A stretch of 64,000 nt of DNA, from positions 9,238,001-9,302,000 of the forward strand of contig OZ024760.1 of NCBI GenBank assembly GCA_964016885.1. The letters are read 5' to 3'. The stretch is from Eledone cirrhosa (taxonomy: Eukaryota). Of this stretch, positions 61,811 through 64,000 are shown piece by piece. Within the stretch, counting starts at the first letter, position 1, and the number at the start of each line of letters is the position of its first letter. Below the pieces are notes generated by a model. That model did no database searches and was not told the origin of the DNA. It saw only the letters and a program-made list of their open reading frames with translations. Position numbers and translations under genes: made by a program.

Positions 61811-62550
61811 TTATTTATCTCTGTACAAAATATAGAACATGGAAGAGTATTAATAATTTCACTTGTAAATAAATAAGGTAAGGGTTGACACAAATACTGA
61901 ATTGAAGATAGCAAGTTTGGCTTTTACACTTACCTCCCTTTATCTGATTACTGAATGCTGAAGCTGGTGCATTACTGCACCAGCTTTTACAATTCTTGCA
62001 CTTAATTCAGCCTATTGCCTTCCATCACTCGTGAACACAGCCCTGAGATACTTGAACTTCTCTACCTACTTCAGTAGATCGCCATTTACATGTAGAGTGC
62101 ATTGCACATGTTTCCTTGTAAGGAATAGTATCTCAGTTTTTGCAGCACTGATTTTCATCTCAGCCATGCAGCATTTGGCATCAAACCTATCAAGTGTAAG
62201 TTGCAGATTACCATGTAAAAATAATAACAATAAAATAATAATATTAATAGACCAATTGAAAGGACCCAAGCCACACGTGGTTTGTGTTGGTAGTGAGGTT
62301 ATGTTCATTTTCTGTTGTTATTTCAGCAATTTTGTTCCATCATTTGGATAAGGTGATTGCCTAGGTGACCAGATAGAATTTTTTTCACAGATGGATCTGG
62401 TAAAGGACCTTTTCAAATGTTCAAAGTAATAATTTCTTATAAGCTCACATTTCAAAAATGGTGAAGAGAATGAACGAATTAACTGTACTATAAATAGTAT
62501 CACCCAAGATTGATAGGGTGATACTATTTTTGATACAGTTAATTCGTTCT

Positions 62551-62790
62551 GAATTGAGAGATCACAGCTCCGATACTATAGGCATGTGGTTAGAATGTCT
62601 CAGGAAAGAATCGCTGGACAGATTTCACGGGCAAAAACCAACAGGCAGGAGATCCAAGGGTAGACCCCGAGCAAGATGGTTGGGTAACATCCATGAACTT
62701 GGCTGGTCAAGCTTGGAGATCCAGCCAAATCGATTGGAAATGGTTGCTTCCGACAGGACCAGTTGGAAGGAATGCTTTAGGACTCTGAAG
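62551..62790 (+). mobile_element. RTE-type LINE 3' end, same family as 60445-60722 in opposite orientation
   Basis: QKPTGRRSKGRPRARWLGNIHELGWSSLEI. Confidence 0.8.
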
Positions 62791-63397
62791 TAGTATTTCC
62801 CTCTATATATAAATAGTGTGAAGAGCAGACAGACAGGCAGCGCTTTTATTTTCAATTACATAAAAGTAATAAAGAATTCAATATTTAGTCAAACATAAAG
62901 AAAAAGAAAGTAGCATTGCAAAATACTATAACTGAAAGAAAGGATGAAGGGGAGAGGGTGACAGACTCGATATCTAAGTCAACGTAGTGTTTGGGCTGTG
63001 CCCCACGGCCGAAATGCCAAAAACATTTCTGTGAACAATGGCCAGCATGTTGCATCCTAGATTAAACATTTACCTCCCTCGAATAGGGAGAGACCAATTG
63101 TGTCAGGTCGGTCTTATAAAATAGATTCACAAGTTGTGGAGTTATCTGTAAAAACACATTTTATTTAAGGAATATATCGTGTAAATACAGTTTAATAGAG
63201 AAAGAAAATAAGAAACTTTAGATTGAGAAGAATGGAATGTAAAATAGGAAAATATAAAGAAAAAACCGGAAAAGGGAGGGAATGGCAAGGATTATAATGT
63301 TACAGAAGAATGGGGAGGATCATTTGGCTCTGGACCTGGGGTGCGACAGTTAAGGGGCAGCGTCCCTAGGACAAAAACGCATGGGTAGCAAGCCCGG

Positions 63398-63810
63398 TTG
63401 GTTTGGCAGTATCGGTAAAGAGTCGGACACCATGCTTTGCAGCATAGAGTTACGGCCCTTTATGGTCTGAGTTCAAATCCCCCCGAGGTCAACTTTGCTT
63501 TTCATCCTTACGGGGTCGATAAAATAAAGCGCCAGCAACGTACTGGGGTCGATTTAATCGACTTTCCCCTTCTCCCAAATTACTGGCCTTGTGCCTATAC
63601 TAGAAATAATTATTAGATGTGGATTGGCAGCATCGGTAGAGCGTCGGACGCCATGCTTTGACGCATAGAGTTACGGCCCTTTATGGTCGTCTGAGTTCAA
63701 ATGCCGCCGAGGTTAACTTTGCCTTTCATCCTTACGGGGTCGATAAAATAAAGTACCAGTAATACACTGAGGTAATTGCTGGCCTTGTGCCAAAAGTAGA
63801 AACAATTATT
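63398..63810 (+). mobile_element. two tandem family-A SINEs
   Basis: heads at about 63400 and 63618, each with B box and core. Confidence 0.85.
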
Positions 63811-63833
63811 AGATGTTGAAGCAGTTACTCTCG

Positions 63834-63885
63834 ACTTCCGGTGCTAAAGATAGCTGCTTTAGTTGCTAAGCAACCCACAGGAAGT
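63834..63885. promoter_or_regulatory. candidate promoter of the next gene: ETS + RFX X-box + ETS
   Basis: ACTTCCGG 63834-63841, GTTGCTAAGCAAC 63862-63874, CAGGAAGT 63878-63885; GTAAGT at 63921. Confidence 0.5.
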
Positions 63886-64000
63886 GGCTACAAACAATAA
63901 ACTATTTCTATTCGACTCTAGTAAGTTTTTCTTTCTCTCTTTTGTCAATTCTGTAGTTTTATACCTGTGAGAATTATATTTAATATTTTTACATAATAAT

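Noticed and set aside
62820-63390. L1/Tx1-like 3' end on the minus strand (and similarly 22775-22980 on the plus strand)
   Set aside because: Only a poly(A)-signal-like end and base composition support it; no protein motif was recognised.

Overview
Repeat-rich animal genomic DNA, most likely an octopus or other coleoid cephalopod. This is inferred from the tRNA-derived SINEs, RTE/CR1/R4-type LINE fragments and long (TA)n/(CA)n tracts. One plus-strand gene fills 1-59.5 kb: the 3' part of a CEP350 (centrosome-associated protein 350)-like gene. I traced 23 coding exons (997-59343) with GT-AG borders and matching intron phases, giving 7389 nt or 2462 aa plus stop; the 5' end lies outside the window. 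The protein keeps recognisable CEP350 blocks but shows no CAP-Gly domain, and it carries two young coding minisatellites (12 x 16 aa and 19 x 13 aa). Introns contain more than 15 different minisatellites, two of which appear seeded by the gene's own splice junctions. One intron holds a ~14.5 kb satellite built from two short modules with a single G/T variable site. Other notable items: a minimal type I hammerhead-ribozyme motif in an inverted-repeat-plus-tail (Penelope-like) insertion, related hairpin elements that look like fold-backs at a hammerhead stem II, a twin-priming-type inverted RTE insertion, a SINE/LINE pair sharing a 3' tail, and an ETS/RFX X-box promoter-like cluster at the right edge. 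All family assignments come from recalled motifs, not database searches.
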